Positions 50,225 to 60,957 are shown, counted from the stretch's first letter. The stretch is 64,000 bases of DNA from an uncultured Verrucomicrobiae bacterium (GCA_963788655.1 CAWBHS010000087.1:160001-224000); one strand, 5' to 3'. Numbers and translations are program-made. Notes: generated by a model not told the origin, from the sequence alone.

Positions 50225-52393
50225 ATGACGCAGATTTACCGTTACCTCGTTCTTGCCATGGCTCTGGTCGCAACGAGGGTATTGGCGGCTTCCGAGTCGC
50301 CGGCGGCCAATAATTCGAAGCCGAATATTCTCATCATCCTGGCCGATGACCTCGGCTGGAGCGACCTGGGTTGCTACGGCAGCGAAATCAAGACTCCGAA
50401 CCTCGACCAACTCGCCGCCGACGGGCTGCGCTTCACGCAATTCTACAATTCCGCCCGCTGTTGCCCGTCGCGCGCGTCACTGTTGACCGGGCTTTATCCG
50501 CACCAGGCCGGCGTCGGCTCCATGACGGCAGACGAAGGACCGCAGAACCCGGGCTATCGCGGACGCCTGAACCATCGTTGCGTCACGATTGGCGAAGTGC
50601 TCCGCGGGGCTGGTTACGGCACTTACGCCTGCGGCAAATGGCACGTCGGCGACTTCGATCCCACCACGCGCGGCTTCGATGAATTCTACGGCTTCTTCCA
50701 AGGCTACGCGGTGGACTCGTGGAATCCGCGCATGCTGATTCGCCTGCCGGCTGGACGGCCCCAGCCGCATTACGAACCGGGCAAGTTCTACGCCACCGAC
50801 GCCATCACTGAGCAGGCACTCGGTTTCCTGGCGGACGCCCGCAAGACGCCCGACCGGCCCTGGTTTGTTTATCTGGCCTATCAGGCGCCGCATTTCCCCG
50901 TACAAGCTCCGGCCGAGGAAGTGGTGAAATACGCAAAAGTGTATCAACAGGGCTGGGATAAAATCCGCGAGCAACGTCTCACGCGAATGAAACAACTTGG
51001 GCTCGTTCCCGCTGACACCCCGTTGACGCCACGCAGTCCCATTCCGCTGCCAAGTGCGGCGCGTCGGCACGGCTTGCAAACCGACACGGATACCAATCCT
51101 CCCTGGAACTCACTCGATCCCGACCGACAACGCGATCTCGCGCAACGCATGGCCATCTTCGCGGCAATGGTGGAACATACGGATCGGGACATCGGCCGGA
51201 TCCTGGCTGATTTACGCGCGCACGGTGAGACGGACAACACGCTGATTATGTTCCTCAGTGACAACGGCGCGTGCGCGGAGTGGGACCCATTCGGTTTCGA
51301 TCTGACGCTGCCCGCCCCCGACACGTTCGCGCCCGGCACGGGCATCAACATGGGCACGCCCCGCGCGCCGAACGTGCTTCATCGCGGTGCGGACCTCGCC
51401 CGCATGGGCGGTCCGGGCAGTTACCTCAGCTACGGTTCCGCGTGGGCCAACGCTTGCAACACACCCTGGCGACTTTACAAACATTACGATCACGAAGGTG
51501 GCATCAGCGCACCCATGATCGTTCACTGGCCAGCGCATATACAGTCCAAAGGCGAACTGCGCCAACAGCCCGGCCATGTAATCGACATAATGGCGACTTG
51601 CGTGGATGTGGCGGGAGCGAAGTATCCCGCCGAGCGGAACGGCAGCGCCATCCAGCCGATGGAAGGTCGCAGCCTGGTGCCGGCGTTTGCAAACCAGCCG
51701 CTCCCGCGCGATTACCTGGCCTTTGAACACGAAGGCAACCGCGCCATCCGCATGGGCAAGTGGAAGTTGGTCGCCCTCCACGGCCAGCCGTGGGAACTGT
51801 ACAACGTCGAACAGGACCGAACGGAGTTGCACGATTTGGCCCAACAACAGCCGGAGCGCGTGGCCCGCATGGCCAAGGCCTGGGATGAATGGGCCGATCG
51901 CTGTTATGTGCGGCATTCAGACCAACGAGCCAGCGGACCACAACCAGTCCCATCGGTGCGCGCCAGCGACGGAACCGTCATACCTACGCCGCAGATCGCT
52001 GGCAAGGCGCTAACTATTTCCTGCGAAGTCGAACCGGAATCGCCCGACGGCGTCCTTTTGGCGCAGGGCGGCAATCAACAAGGTTATTCGCTCTGGCTGC
52101 GCAATGGGCGCCTCGTGTTTAGCGTGCGCGTTAATAGAGAGGTTGCCTCCATTACGGCTTCGGAGACGCCAGCGGGCCGCTTCGCGATAACCGCTAAATT
52201 AAACCGCGATGCCTCAATGCAATTGGCCATCAATGGCCAAACCGTGGCCGAGGGACGCGCCCCCGGTTTGATCCCGGCTCAACCTATCGATGAACTGAGC
52301 ATCGGGGAAGACTCCCGAACGGCGGTGGGCGATTACGATTCGCCGCACCCGTTGCGGGGCAAAATCATCAAAGTGCAGGTGAAGACGGAATGA
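50225..52393 (+). CDS. Cys-type arylsulfatase with C-terminal LamG-like domain
   Basis: PNILIILADDLG, CCPSRASLLTG, GKWH, APHFP, SDNG, YKHYDHEGG; C-terminal GVLLAQGG...GYSLWL. Confidence 0.92.
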   Translation: MTQIYRYLVLAMALVATRVLAASESPAANNSKPNILIILADDLGWSDLGCYGSEIKTPNLDQLAADGLRFTQFYNSARCCPSRASLLTGLYPHQAGVGSMTADEGPQNPGYRGRLNHRCVTIGEVLRGAGYGTYACGKWHVGDFDPTTRGFDEFYGFFQGYAVDSWNPRMLIRLPAGRPQPHYEPGKFYATDAITEQALGFLADARKTPDRPWFVYLAYQAPHFPVQAPAEEVVKYAKVYQQGWDKIREQRLTRMKQLGLVPADTPLTPRSPIPLPSAARRHGLQTDTDTNPPWNSLDPDRQRDLAQRMAIFAAMVEHTDRDIGRILADLRAHGETDNTLIMFLSDNGACAEWDPFGFDLTLPAPDTFAPGTGINMGTPRAPNVLHRGADLARMGGPGSYLSYGSAWANACNTPWRLYKHYDHEGGISAPMIVHWPAHIQSKGELRQQPGHVIDIMATCVDVAGAKYPAERNGSAIQPMEGRSLVPAFANQPLPRDYLAFEHEGNRAIRMGKWKLVALHGQPWELYNVEQDRTELHDLAQQQPERVARMAKAWDEWADRCYVRHSDQRASGPQPVPSVRASDGTVIPTPQIAGKALTISCEVEPESPDGVLLAQGGNQQGYSLWLRNGRLVFSVRVNREVASITASETPAGRFAITAKLNRDASMQLAINGQTVAEGRAPGLIPAQPIDELSIGEDSRTAVGDYDSPHPLRGKIIKVQVKTE

Positions 52394-52408
52394 CTGAGCA
52401 ATTCCTTT

Positions 52409-52603
52409 CCCTCTCACTCCGGCCCTCTCCTTTGGGGAGAGGGGGAATTGCCGGCCGCGTCGTAGGCAATCGGAACCTGCTTGGAGGTTGTGCGCATTTT
52501 GTTCCGGATGGCCAAACGGAGTCATCTGCCAATTTCACACTCAAACCTTCAAGTGCCGCCGCCGGCTGTTCCCTCTCCCGCGGGAGAGGGTCAGGGTGAG
52601 GGG
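52409..52603. repeat. Inverted pair of CCCTCTCCC/GGGAGAGGG palindromic repeats
   Basis: ccctctcactccggccctctcctttggggagaggggg ... ccctctcccgcgggagagggtcagggtgagggg. Confidence 0.75.
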
Positions 52604-52624
52604 CAATTGCAACGCAAACCTCCC

Positions 52625-54043
52625 ATGAACAAACTACTCGCTATTCTCTTCTCTTGGCTCTCGGTCGCCATCCTGGCCGCCGCCGCCCAACGCCCCAATG
52701 TGCTATTCATCGCGGTGGACGATCTGAATCATTGGGTCGGCTACACCGGACGGAATCCGCAGACCAAGACGCCGAACATCGACCGGTTGTCGAGGGTGGG
52801 CGTCTCGTTCACGCATGCCTACTGCGCGGCGCCGTTGTGCAATCCTTCCCGCGCTGCGCTAATGAGCGGACTGCGTCCCGGCACGTCCGGGTGCTACCTG
52901 AACCCGGACAATTGGAAACGTTACATCCCGGAGGGGCTCGGTTTGGCGGCCACGTTCAAGCGCGCCGGATACTACGTGGCGGGCGCGGGTAAGATTTATC
53001 ATGGCAGCACGTATTACCCCGGTGAGTGGGACGCTTATTTCGACGAAAAAGGTTTCGGCTCCGAAGACGACGAGGACGTCAGTGCTCGCCGCCGTCGAGG
53101 CCGGGGCATCGAAAAACTCGAGGGCTTCCAACAACCCGTAACCCACGATCTCCAGGATGCCGACTTGTCCGATTGGCACATTGTCGATTATTGCATCCGG
53201 CAGCTTCAGGCGCCGCACGACAAACCGTTCTTCCTCGCGTGCGGTGTTCACAAGCCACACCTGCCGTGGGTGGTCCCACGCAAGTATTACGAAATGTTCC
53301 CGCTGGACCGCATTCAGCTTCCGCCCTACCAGCAAAATGATTTGAATGATCTTCCGGCGGCGGCGGTGCGTATGGCCCGCCCCAATGGCGATCACAAACA
53401 AATCCTGGAATCCGGTCGCTGGAAGACCGCCGTCCAATCCTACCTGGCCGCCATCGCTTATACGGACATGAACGTTGGCCGGCTGTTGGATGCGCTGGAC
53501 AAGAGTCCCTACGCGAAAAATACCATTATCTGTTTTTGGGGCGATCACGGCTGGCACTTGGGCGAGAAACATCACTGGCGCAAGTTCACGCTCTGGGAAG
53601 AGGCGACGCGCGCGCCGCTGATCTGGGTGGTGCCGGGCGTGACCCAACCGGGCACCGTGTGCGCGCGCACCGTCGATTTCATGAGCATCTATCCGACGTT
53701 GTGCGAACTGGCCGACATTCCGGTGCCCGCGCACGTTGAGGGCACGAGCATCCGTCCGCTGCTGGCCAACCCAGCGAAGTCATGGAACCTGCCGGGCGTG
53801 ACCACTTACGGTTACCTGAACCACACCGTCCGCACCGAAGCCTGGCGGTATATCCGCTACCGCGATGGCAGCGAGGAATTCTACGACGAACTACACGATC
53901 CCTACGAATGGACCAATCGCGCCGAGAGCGCCGAGTTCGATCCGCAAAAGAGTGAGCTCGGGCGGTTTATCCCCGCCAAGAACAAACCGCCTACTGCCAA
54001 TAACCAGAAGGCGGCCAGGAAGAAGAAGAAGGCAGCGAAATAA
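52625..54043 (+). CDS. Cys-type sulfatase (iduronate-2-sulfatase-like)
   Basis: PNVLFIAVDDL, CNPSRAALMSG, GKIYH, KPHLPW, GDHGWHLGEK..WRK. Start placed at MNKLL. Confidence 0.92.
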   Translation: MNKLLAILFSWLSVAILAAAAQRPNVLFIAVDDLNHWVGYTGRNPQTKTPNIDRLSRVGVSFTHAYCAAPLCNPSRAALMSGLRPGTSGCYLNPDNWKRYIPEGLGLAATFKRAGYYVAGAGKIYHGSTYYPGEWDAYFDEKGFGSEDDEDVSARRRRGRGIEKLEGFQQPVTHDLQDADLSDWHIVDYCIRQLQAPHDKPFFLACGVHKPHLPWVVPRKYYEMFPLDRIQLPPYQQNDLNDLPAAAVRMARPNGDHKQILESGRWKTAVQSYLAAIAYTDMNVGRLLDALDKSPYAKNTIICFWGDHGWHLGEKHHWRKFTLWEEATRAPLIWVVPGVTQPGTVCARTVDFMSIYPTLCELADIPVPAHVEGTSIRPLLANPAKSWNLPGVTTYGYLNHTVRTEAWRYIRYRDGSEEFYDELHDPYEWTNRAESAEFDPQKSELGRFIPAKNKPPTANNQKAARKKKKAAK

Positions 54044-54062
54044 CGCACCGAACGGTCAGGGA

Positions 54063-54092
54063 CCACGAATGCACACGAATGGACACGAATGG
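54063..54092 (+). repeat. Three tandem 10-bp units (ACACGAATGG-like)
   Basis: ccacgaatgcacacgaatggacacgaatgg immediately after the sulfatase stop codon. Confidence 0.7.
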
Positions 54093-54204
54093 ATTGGGGG
54101 ATCGAATGATCGAACTGATTTCGACCTGAAACTTCCTCAAAAGCCCTCCGGCAATTGTCGCGCCATTCGTCCAGCCAACCCGCAAAGACCTTGGACAGTT
54201 CCAC

Positions 54205-54277
54205 TTCACCGCAAAGACACGAAGAGCGCAAAGGTTGTGGGTGACCATCTTTGCGCTCTTCGTGTCTTTGCGGTGAA
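54205..54277. repeat. Long palindrome of the same family as 6842-6946
   Basis: ttcaccgcaaagacacgaagagcgcaaag ... ctttgcgctcttcgtgtctttgcggtgaa (perfect 29-bp arms). Confidence 0.88.
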
Positions 54278-54491
54278 TCAGAGCACCCTCCCGCGTCACA
54301 ACGTTCGAAGTCAACTCGCGCGTCACTTGGGCCACAACCCGCTGACCTTGGTCCCTTCCTGGCTGCACGACTGGCCTGCACGAATTTCGCACGTCGCACA
54401 AATCTTCTTCCGCTTTAGCCCTTCAACCACATTGCTTGCCGCTTTGCCCGTTGCTGCTCGTCGTCGTTGAATTGAACAGTCACCCGTTTTT

Positions 54492-56604
54492 ATGCACCCC
54501 AAAACTCCATCCTCCATCCTCGCACTATTCCTGGCCCTGGCGTTGCCTGCGGTCATCACGGCGGCTCCACAAGCATCGACTACGGCGCCGCGTCCCAACA
54601 TTCTGTTCATCCTCACCGATGACCTGGGCTGGGGTGATCTGGGCGTGCTCTGGCAGAATAGCCGCCAAGCGGCGAACCAGCGCAACGAGCCATGGCACTT
54701 GACACCGCACCTCGATGCCTTCGCGGCGCAAGGCGTGCAACTGCCGCATCATTACTGTCCGGCGCCGGTGTGCGCGCCGTCCCGCGCTTCGCTCATGCTG
54801 GGCGTCCACCAGGGACACGCCAATGTGCGCGACAACCAATTCGACAAGGCCCTGGAAAATAATCACACCCTCGCCTCGGTGCTGCGCCAGGCCGGTTACG
54901 CCACGGCGGCCATCGGCAAATGGGGGCTGCAAGGCAAGCCGGCGCCTGCCCCGCCGGACTGGCCGGCGCACCCGTTGAACCGCGGATTCGATTACTATTT
55001 CGGTTACATCCGCCACGTCGATGGCCATGAACACTATCCCAAGGAAGGACTCTATCGCGGGGCCAAGGAAGTCTGGGACAATCGAAAGAATGTTTCGCCG
55101 GAACTGGATAAGTGTTACACGGCCGATTTGTGGACGGCGCGCGCCAAGCAGTGGATCATCGACCACGAACGTGCGAATGCCGCGCAACCGTTTTTCATGT
55201 ACTCTGGCTTACGACACGCCGCACGCCACCATCGAATTGCCCACGCAAGCCTATCCCGCCGGCGGCGGGCTCCAGGGCGGTCTTCAATGGCTGGGCACAC
55301 CCGGTCAGATGATCAACACCGCCAACGGCAAGATCGATTCCTGGCTGCACCCGAACTACCGCAACGCTACCTACGACGATGACAATAATCCGTCCACACC
55401 GGAAGTGTCGTGGCCGAACGTGTACAAACGGTTTGCGACGTGTGTGCAGCGCCTGGACGATTGCGTGGGTGACATAATGCAATTGCTGAATGACCTGCAT
55501 CTGGACTCGAATACGCTGGTGGTGTTCACCTCCGACAATGGGGTCTCCCAGGAATCCTATTTGCCCGAGCGTTTCGAAGCGGATTTCTTCAATAGCTTTG
55601 GTCCGTTTGACGGCATCAAGCGCGATTGCTGGGAAGGCGGCGTCCGCGTGCCCACGCTGGTGCGCTGGCCCGGACATGTGCCCGCGGGTCGGGTGGTGAC
55701 GCGGGCGAGTGGTTTCTGGGATTGGCTGCCCACGTTCGCGGACCTGGCCGGTGTGCCGGCACCGGCGCGGACGGATGGCGTGTCGCTCGTGCCGAAGTTG
55801 ACCGGCGTGGGGACGCAGCGCGAACGAGGATTTCTTTACGTTGAATATTTTGTGCAAGGCCGAACGCCACGATACTCCGACTTCGCGCCCAGTCACCGCG
55901 GCCGCATTCGCAAGCAAATGCAGTTGATTCGCGAGCGTGACCTGGTGGGAGTGCGTTACGACATCAAATCGCACCTCGACGATTTCGAGATTTACAACGT
56001 CGTGAACGATCCGGAGGAAACGAACAACCTCGCCAAGCAGCCCGCTTTTGCCGCGCTCCAACAGCAGATGAAAAACAAGGTGCTGCAAGTGCGCCGTCCC
56101 AATGCCAGTGCGCCCCGGCCTTACGACAAGGAATTGGTGCCGGCGGTCAAGGTGGCGTCTGTCCAAAATGGCGTCGCTTGGAATGCGTACGAAGGGGTGT
56201 ATCCGTGGGTGCCGGACTTGGAAGCGTTACAGCCCACAGCCAGTGGCGCCGCGGACCAAATCGACCCGCGTGTGCGCCCCCGCGACAACAACATCGGACT
56301 TTTGTTTAACGGTTATCTGGAGGTTCCTGCTGACGGCGATTACACGGTCTATTTGCAGACCGATACCGGCGCGTTGCTGCGCATTCACGATGCCACCGTC
56401 ATTGACGCGGATTTCGGGTACGTCGGCGGCACAGAGGTAAAAGCCAGCGTCAAGCTCCAAGCCGGCTTGCACCCGTTCCGGCTGTTCTATGCCCGGCAGA
56501 CTCAGGGCACACCTTCATTGACCCTCTCCTGGAGTGGACCGGGGTTGTCCAAACAGGAAATACCGGCGGGCGCGTTCCAACGCAATGGTGCGAAGGTCAA
56601 CTAA
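54492..56604 (+). CDS. Cys-type sulfatase with C-terminal PA14-like domain, frameshifted near 55203
   Basis: PNILFILTDDLG, CAPSRASLMLG, GKWG. Removing one T gives PFFMYLAYDTPH, continuing to SDNG, GIKRDCWEGG and a PA14-like tail. Confidence 0.88.
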
Positions 56605-56643
56605 ACTATTTCGTTCGATGGGTATTCTGATAATCCGACTATC

Positions 56644-58221
56644 ATGATGAAAACACACGTAAAGCCTGTTTCAAAACTTCGGCCACCACGTAGCAGCCGA
56701 CGTGAGGAGGCTCACATATTATCGGAACACCGGACTCTTTACGGCAAGCATGAGCCTCCTCACGTCGGCTGCTACGATTTCTCAAACAGGCTCTTAATCC
56801 TGCTGACCGCGATCTTGATGGGGATATTGGCTGCTTCGACCAGCGCGGCAACTGTGCCGGGCACCGACCGTCCCAACGTGCTGTTCATCATGACCGACCA
56901 ACAGTTTAGCGACGCCATGAGTTGCCGGATGGGCCCGCAATATCTCCGCACGCCGGCCATGGACAGCCTGGCAGCCCAGGGCATGGTCTTCACGCGCGCT
57001 TACAGTCCGAATCCGCTGTGCATGCCGGCGCGCGCTTCCATCTTCACCGGACGCTACCCCCACGAAACGGGCGTGACGATAAACGCCAACGTAAAGGTGA
57101 ACCCGACCGAGTTCGTGTGCATGGGAACCTGGTTTCACCAGGCCGGCTACGCCACGGCGTATTTCGGCAAATGGCATCTTTGTTATGCGGCCAAAGACGT
57201 GAGCGCCCATGGTTTTGAAATCATGAAAAGCAAGGCGGACAAATCGTTGGACCGCGACGCGCGAACGGCCAACGACGCCGCCCGGTTCATCGCCGAGAAG
57301 CATGCGCAACCGTTTCTGCTGGTGGCCAGTTTTCTGAATCCACACAACATCTGTGAGTATTCGCGGGGACAAAAGCTCCCCTGTGGTCCAATTGGTGAAG
57401 CCCCGCCACTGGAGCAATGTCCGCCAGCGCCCGCCAACCTTGCGCCGCCACTCGGCGAATCTGATTGCCTGACCCTCTTGCGGCGCGCCTGTCATGCGCA
57501 CCGGCTCTTTCCCGTGGGCGACTTCACCGCCGACCAGTGGCGCCGCCAGCGCTGGGGCTATTATCGGATGATCGAGGAAGTCGATGCCGAGATCGGCAAG
57601 ATCCTCGCCGCCCTGCGCGCGGCGCACTTGGAAGACAATACGTTGATCATCTTCACCAGCGATCATGGTGAATGCGCCGGGGCGCACGGCTTCAATCAGA
57701 AAACCGTCTTCTACGAGGAATCAGTTCGGGTGCCGCTCATCGTCAGTTGGTCTGGCCATACCAGACAAGCCACTTCCGATCACCTGGTGAACACCGGCCT
57801 CGACATTCTTCCCACCATGCTCGACTTCACCGGCCTCGCCATCCCCAAGAAATTAACCGGCCGCAGTCTGCGTCCGCTGGCGTTGGGGCAACCGGTGACT
57901 GCCTGGCGGGAATACGTCGTCAGTGAAAATCATCTGGTTCAGACTGGCGTGGTGGATGGCTTCCAGCCTACCGCGCAAGGCCGCATGCTGCGGACGGAGC
58001 GTTACAAATACTGTATTTACGATAGCGGGATTCAACGCGAATCGTTGGTGGACCTGCAACAAGACCCCGGTGAAACCCGCAACCTGGCCACCAACCCGGC
58101 CTACCGAGACGTGCTGCTTAAACATCGCGCGTTGCTGACGCGCTTCGCCACCGATCATCACGACCCCCTCGCCGCCGAAATGCTGGCCGACGACGTAGCG
58201 CCTCGACCGTTTGCCCGGTAG
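56644..58221 (+). CDS. Cys-type sulfatase (choline-sulfatase-like) with an in-frame repeat insertion in its signal peptide
   Basis: PNVLFIMTDQQ, CMPARASIFTG, GKWHL, NPHN, SDHGE, QKTVFYEES. The true start is uncertain because of the insertion. Confidence 0.88.
   Translation: MMKTHVKPVSKLRPPRSSRREEAHILSEHRTLYGKHEPPHVGCYDFSNRLLILLTAILMGILAASTSAATVPGTDRPNVLFIMTDQQFSDAMSCRMGPQYLRTPAMDSLAAQGMVFTRAYSPNPLCMPARASIFTGRYPHETGVTINANVKVNPTEFVCMGTWFHQAGYATAYFGKWHLCYAAKDVSAHGFEIMKSKADKSLDRDARTANDAARFIAEKHAQPFLLVASFLNPHNICEYSRGQKLPCGPIGEAPPLEQCPPAPANLAPPLGESDCLTLLRRACHAHRLFPVGDFTADQWRRQRWGYYRMIEEVDAEIGKILAALRAAHLEDNTLIIFTSDHGECAGAHGFNQKTVFYEESVRVPLIVSWSGHTRQATSDHLVNTGLDILPTMLDFTGLAIPKKLTGRSLRPLALGQPVTAWREYVVSENHLVQTGVVDGFQPTAQGRMLRTERYKYCIYDSGIQRESLVDLQQDPGETRNLATNPAYRDVLLKHRALLTRFATDHHDPLAAEMLADDVAPRPFAR
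56662..56793. mobile_element. 132-bp MITE-like element with AGCCTGTTT/AAACAGGCT termini enclosing a perfect GTAG REP doublet
   Basis: aagcctgtttcaaaa ... gtagcagccgacgtgaggaggctc (56690-56713) ... gagcctcctcacgtcggctgctac (56752-56775) ... tttctcaaacaggctc, with TA dinucleotides on both flanks. Confidence 0.75.
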
Positions 58222-58240
58222 GACAGGCGTCCCGCCTGTC
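58218..58240 (+). repeat. Single GTAG REP (gtaggacaggcgtcccgcctgtc) overlapping the sulfatase stop codon
   Basis: Same family as 2907, 3014 and 40408; the TAG of GTAG is the stop at 58219-58221. Confidence 0.8.
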
Positions 58241-58300
58241 TCGGAACGCCCAAAGCCGTTCGAGTTTTTCAGGCGTCCACCGGCCATTGCCGATCGAACC

Positions 58301-58447
58301 TCGCGCAGCGTTTGGAGTGCGCGGAGCTTGCTCCCGCTTTCGTTTGGGATTGTGTGTACGTAGAAAACCAGGCGTGGCCAGAAAATGATACGCTGTGTGG
58401 CCATCGAAAGCGCCGGCAAGCCGGACGCACTCCAAACGCTGGCGCGA
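58301..58447. repeat. REP-like inverted doublet (TTTGGAGTGCG type)
   Basis: tcgcgcagcgtttggagtgcgcggagcttgctcccgctttcg ... cgaaagcgccggcaagccggacgcactccaaacgctggcgcga. Confidence 0.8.
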
Positions 58448-58701
58448 CAGACCAGGCACCAATTGCAAATAACACTACCGCGACACTTTGCGGGATTGAA
58501 CCACGGATATGCAGGGAGAATGCTGCTTCCATCTGTCTTATCTGCGTGATTGGCCTTCTTCCGGAAGTGTCGCGGTCGTGTTACACCGTTCCGACGTTCG
58601 CTCTGCCGGCAGGATGCCGGCAGCACGGTGGCTCCATTGCCGCTTTCGATTGCTTGCGCGCTTTCCGGATTATCAGCAGCGCGAGGACCATTGTTGGACG
58701 G

Positions 58702-59889
58702 TCACTTGGACGACTGGCTCAAGCGTTGCACCGGTGCCTCGAAAAGCATGGTATGCGCTTCGTGGAGGATGTCAGGGATCTCTTTTCGGAACGGACTCTG
58801 GGCCAGGCAAGCGTTCAAATCCAGCGCCTCCACTTTAGCGGCGTTCTCGCCGGGGAACCAATGGTCGGCTTGCCCGAGCAGATTGTAACGCATCTTGGCC
58901 CAGTCCACCAAGTCCAGCGACTTGGCGTAGGTCCAAAGCCGCAGGATTTCGGAGACGTTGATTTGCCCGGGGACATCGACGTACTGCGGCAGTCCTTCTG
59001 GCCAGCGGGCGCACCAATCGGCGCCTAGCACCCGTTCCATTTCCGTACGCAACCGTTGCTCAATCGGCGTCATGGTCTCCGTTGCCCGATCGTAAAATTC
59101 CAGGGCGCGAATGTGTTCGTCGAAATCACCGGGACGAGCTGCGCCATGGCTCAACGTATGCACCTCGGTTTGCGCCAGGCAGTAGAGATCATTGAACTGC
59201 ATCGGGGTGAGTGGCGCGCAAAGGTCCACCAACTTGGGCGGCGGGGTGTAGAGTTTGCCCCCCTTGTCGTTTGGGCTGATGAGGAAGACGCCCATGTCCA
59301 GTTGGCGCGCGGCGACAATGGCTGGCCAGTTCAAGCCGTTGACGAAATACCAATGGAGGTTTACGAAATCAAACTCACCGCAGTTGACCGCCTCGAGTAT
59401 GATGTCCGTGGTGGCATGGGTGGAAAAGCCAACGAAGCGCACGCGCTTTTCGGCCTGAAGTTTTTGCGCCGCCGCCAGACAGCCGTTCTGCTTGAGCGCA
59501 TGGTGCAGTAATTCCGCGTTATTGATGCCGTGCAGGGCGAGCAAATCGACGTGCTCGAGTTGGAGGTTCTTGAGCGATTGATCGAAGATCTGAAGAAATT
59601 CATCCACACTTGCTTGGGGGGCCACTTTGGTTTGCACGATGATCCGGTCGCGCGGCAGCGCCTGGAGCGCGCGGCCGAGTTGAATCTCGGAAGTGCCGTA
59701 GCCGCGTGCGGTTTCGAAGTGCGTCATGCCCAACTCGTAGGCACGGCTGACCGTGGCCTGCACGTTGTCTTGATTCTCGCCAGGGATGTCTGCGAACGGG
59801 ACATCCTCCCACTTGAACTGGTAGCGCATTCCGCCACAGGTATAGACCGGCATGGCCAGTTCGGTGCGTCCAAAACGACGGTATTTCAT
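58702..59889 (-). CDS. Aldo/keto reductase with C-terminal extension
   Basis: [49 protein letters not shown]. Confidence 0.9.
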   Translation of the reverse strand: MKYRRFGRTELAMPVYTCGGMRYQFKWEDVPFADIPGENQDNVQATVSRAYELGMTHFETARGYGTSEIQLGRALQALPRDRIIVQTKVAPQASVDEFLQIFDQSLKNLQLEHVDLLALHGINNAELLHHALKQNGCLAAAQKLQAEKRVRFVGFSTHATTDIILEAVNCGEFDFVNLHWYFVNGLNWPAIVAARQLDMGVFLISPNDKGGKLYTPPPKLVDLCAPLTPMQFNDLYCLAQTEVHTLSHGAARPGDFDEHIRALEFYDRATETMTPIEQRLRTEMERVLGADWCARWPEGLPQYVDVPGQINVSEILRLWTYAKSLDLVDWAKMRYNLLGQADHWFPGENAAKVEALDLNACLAQSPFRKEIPDILHEAHTMLFEAPVQRLSQSSK

Positions 59890-60144
59890 GCGGAGGACGT
59901 ATGCCATGTTTTGCTGGATAAGGCCAGTCCTTTGCGTTTTTTCCAGGTTTTACCGAGGGCGAATGAAGACCGCCAGGCCCGCCCGAAAACGAATCGGTGC
60001 TGGCCATTGCTTCCACAAACTCAGTCCGGCCCGGGCGACGTTCAAAGACGGCAGGCATCCTGCACACCACCGAGGCCGTGGTCTGAAACCTGCCAGATCG
60101 GAATGGGCCGCTGGCATTTGGTGACCGCGTGTGAACGAAAAGCT

Positions 60145-60957
60145 ATGAATTACACAAACCATTGGGTGGTTGGACTGGTAATCGGGATTTTGAGTGCGAC
60201 CGCACCGGTGGTTGAGGCGCAGGGAGGAAGCCCCAAAGGCAATGGATATGAAACCGGTTATGCCGAGGTGGTCCGGATCTGCGCCGAATTGCACCGCGCT
60301 TTGGACGCGAAGATGCGCCCGCAGATGTTGCCGCAGCCGGTGTATTGGAAGGACGTCCCCATGCCCTACGTGCAACCCGGTCTCAGCAATGACGGCACAC
60401 GCGATTGGCGGGCGGTGCATCTTTCCGCAGGCTTCATTGATTTGGTGAACCGCCTGGCCCATGCCCGCGCGATTGATTTGGTTGACCGTGGTTTCTTGAA
60501 ACAATACCTGGCCATTTTGGCGACCGCGACGGACGAGCAACCCTTGCCGGGATTACCGATTGACGGCGTGCCGCAAGCGTGGTCCTTCGACGTGATGAAT
60601 CATCAGGCGAGCCATTTCAACCAGATGGCGGGAACCTTGATTGCCATCGTCATGGCCGAGCATACCCTGGGTTATTACGACAAGTACGCCACCCAACTGG
60701 CCGACGCGCAAAACCGTTCGGTGCCGATCAACCGTTTCCTCACCGAAGGCGAATGGCACAAAGCTGTCGTTCTAGGAGCCCGCGAGGCGTTGAGCTGCGG
60801 CTTTGGGGTCGAGGGATTCCGGGTGTTGCTGGAAGCCATTGATGAAATGCCAACCCGGCCCGCGTGGACGCTTTATTTCGCCCCGGATAAATTCAAGTCC
60901 GCCAAGCTTCGCCGGGAACTTCAGAAGATGGAAAAGAATTTCTTCCTGGCCGAGTAG
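60145..60957 (+). CDS. Secreted hypothetical protein, possibly a degenerate M48-peptidase-like fold
   Basis: Signal peptide from MNYTNHW; VHLSAGFIDLVNRLAHARAID; IAIVMAEHTLGYY at the position where an HExxH-type motif would be expected. Confidence 0.7.
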   Translation: MNYTNHWVVGLVIGILSATAPVVEAQGGSPKGNGYETGYAEVVRICAELHRALDAKMRPQMLPQPVYWKDVPMPYVQPGLSNDGTRDWRAVHLSAGFIDLVNRLAHARAIDLVDRGFLKQYLAILATATDEQPLPGLPIDGVPQAWSFDVMNHQASHFNQMAGTLIAIVMAEHTLGYYDKYATQLADAQNRSVPINRFLTEGEWHKAVVLGAREALSCGFGVEGFRVLLEAIDEMPTRPAWTLYFAPDKFKSAKLRRELQKMEKNFFLAE

